A stretch of DNA of 64,000 nt from Gemmatimonadaceae bacterium. Lineage in GTDB: Bacteria > Gemmatimonadota > Gemmatimonadetes > Gemmatimonadales > Gemmatimonadaceae. The translations under genes and the position numbers were made by a program. Positions 62,431 through 64,000 of the stretch are shown here, piece by piece (position 1 is the first letter of the stretch; each line of letters begins with the position of its first letter). The notes under the pieces were generated by a model. That model was not told where the DNA came from and did not search any database. It saw only the letters and a list, made by a program, of their open reading frames with translations. The stretch spans positions 96,001-160,000 of the forward strand of contig JBJMOW010000005.1 of NCBI GenBank assembly GCA_045803545.1, in the 5' to 3' direction.

Positions 62431-62795
62431 GCCCGCTCGCGCTCGAGGGCGACCTCCGCGTATGAGAGTGGTCCGGGCAGCGCCACGTTCGGTTTTCTGA
62501 TCGCGATGCGCACGCGTTCGACGAGCGGCAGCTCCAGCGCTTTGCGGGCAATGCGTTCGCCCGCCTCCTCGAGAAAAGCGGTGTGTCCCTGAGTCACCAC
62601 CTCGGCGACGAGATCGTAGACGCGCCGGTAGTCGACGATGTCCTTGGCGGTTGGTCGCGCGCCGCTCCGACGAACCCATAGCGAAGCATCCACTTCGATC
62701 GACTGGGCAATCTCGGCCTCGTGGGGGAGCACGCCGATACGAGCGTGAAAGCGCATGCCCTTGAGCGTGACAACGTCGGTCTCACTAACGGCCAT
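62427..62795 (-). CDS. folB: Dihydroneopterin aldolase
   Basis: GMRFHARIGV..HE, VDY, FLE, IRKP; ATG 62795. Confidence 0.9.
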   Translation of the reverse strand: MAVSETDVVTLKGMRFHARIGVLPHEAEIAQSIEVDASLWVRRSGARPTAKDIVDYRRVYDLVAEVVTQGHTAFLEEAGERIARKALELPLVERVRIAIRKPNVALPGPLSYAEVALERERA

Positions 62796-63585
62796 CGAGA
62801 CCCTCGCGGAGACTGCGCGTAAGCGCAAGGACTTCACTGGAACCGTTCTCGGCAGCACGCACCAGAGCACTGCCGACGACGACACCGTCGGCAAGCTGGC
62901 CGACACTGCGCGCCTGTGCCGGCGTCGAGATACCGAAACCGACGCAAATCGGAAGATCCGTTGCGGAACGCAATCGCTGAATCGTCTCGGGAAGAGTTGG
63001 GTCTGTGGTGTCCCGAACGCCAGTGACACCGAGCCGGCTGATAAGATAAACGAATCCGCTTCCGTGGCGCGCGATCTCCGCCATGCGGTCGCGCGGCGTG
63101 GTCGGCGCAACCAATCGGATGAAGTCGAGCGGGCTGTCGGAGAGCCATTCCTCTCGTTCGGCGTCTGCCCCAACGGGAATGTCGGTGATGAGAATTCCGC
63201 TCGCTCCCGCGTCGGCTGCGCGGGTAAGAGCATCGTCGCCAGCCGCAAGCACCGGGTTCAGATAGGTGAAGATCACGACCGGGATCTCGAGCGATGCGCG
63301 CTCGATCAATTCGAGCACGCCATCGTAGTTCATCCCCTGCTTTAGCGCGGCGTACGAGCTCGCCTGGATCACCGGTCCGTCGGCGATCGGATCGGAGAAC
63401 GGAACACCCAGCTCGATGATGTCGGCGCCGCCATCCTCCAGAGCGTGCAATGTCTTGAGAGAGCGCGCGAGGTCGGGATGCCCTGCCGTGACGTAGCAGA
63501 CCAGAGCGCGCCGCGATTTTTTCTTGAGCGCGTCGAATCGACGCGCGATCGAGCTAGATGAGGTAGTCGCCTGGGGTGACGCCAT
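62785..63585 (-). CDS. trpA: Tryptophan synthase alpha chain
   Basis: ELGVPFSDPIADGPVIQ, LVAPTT, GVTG, VGFGIS, VVGSA; ATG 63585. Confidence 0.95.
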   Translation of the reverse strand: MASPQATTSSSSIARRFDALKKKSRRALVCYVTAGHPDLARSLKTLHALEDGGADIIELGVPFSDPIADGPVIQASSYAALKQGMNYDGVLELIERASLEIPVVIFTYLNPVLAAGDDALTRAADAGASGILITDIPVGADAEREEWLSDSPLDFIRLVAPTTPRDRMAEIARHGSGFVYLISRLGVTGVRDTTDPTLPETIQRLRSATDLPICVGFGISTPAQARSVGQLADGVVVGSALVRAAENGSSEVLALTRSLREGLDGR

Positions 63586-64000
63586 ATCGGTCGGGGTCAG
63601 CCGTTTTGATGATCGTCCGCGCATATTGTCCTCCCGCTTCCGGAACGGCGAGGTCCACTTGTAAGGGCGGACTTATGGTATTCCCCTGTGCATCACTAAT
63701 GATCTTGATTATCGGCCGCGAGAGCAGCTCCGGATTCTGGCTCGCGGCCGACACTACAGCCAACTCGAATGTATCGAGCACCACAAGGGTGCCGACCGGA
63801 TAAATGCCAAGCAGGTTGATGAACGCCTTCACCAGAACCTGATCGAGTCCGCGACGCGGGTTGTCGCGCATCTCCTCCAACACCGCCGAGGGAGCGAGGG
63901 CTTCGGTCCGATAGACGCGCCTGGTGGTTGCTGCATCGTAACCGTCGGCGATCGAAACGATCTTGCTCAACAAACTCATTTGCCGCGGCCGAATGCACTT
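63554..64000 (-). CDS. HD-GYP domain protein, C-terminal part (5' end outside window)
   Basis: SKIVSIADGYDAATTRRVYR, LGIYPVGTLVVL. Confidence 0.8.
   Translation of the reverse strand, partial: KCIRPRQMSLLSKIVSIADGYDAATTRRVYRTEALAPSAVLEEMRDNPRRGLDQVLVKAFINLLGIYPVGTLVVLDTFELAVVSAASQNPELLSRPIIKIISDAQGNTISPPLQVDLAVPEAGGQYARTIIKTADPDRYGVTPGDYLI

Overview
GC-rich bacterial core-chromosome segment, densely coding and mostly on the minus strand. Protein style and gene order suggest Gemmatimonadota (inference, not searched). Contents: TCA/glycolysis genes (sdhC fragment, mdh, icd, gap-pgk-tpiA-secG), molybdopterin genes, HU, carA, comF-aroE-YwlE-like phosphatase-tsaC-ispD-radA-dnaB-UDG-coaBC-rpoZ-gmk-yicC, pepA, an RND efflux operon, tRNA-Leu(CAA), an ECF sigma/anti-sigma/Spy-like module, exported hydrolases, rplU-rpmA, rne, recQ, a B12 acyl-CoA mutase/carboxyltransferase/AtuA cluster, ybeY-phoH-aspS, rlmN and pan/fol/trpA. 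I found no prophage, IS, CRISPR array or defence island and cannot support a claim of a dramatic new system. The best leads are: (1) a branched acyl-CoA cluster whose mutase carries isobutyryl-CoA mutase rather than methylmalonyl-CoA mutase signature residues, linked to AtuA-like genes and a 56-aa membrane protein missing from the ORF track; (2) two palindromic elements built from 7-nt repeats that cover the comF and ispD start regions; (3) several genes, including aspS and coaBC, that appear to need CTG/GCG start codons; (4) a structured 5' leader on rne; (5) an exported amidohydrolase/pseudoenzyme pair.
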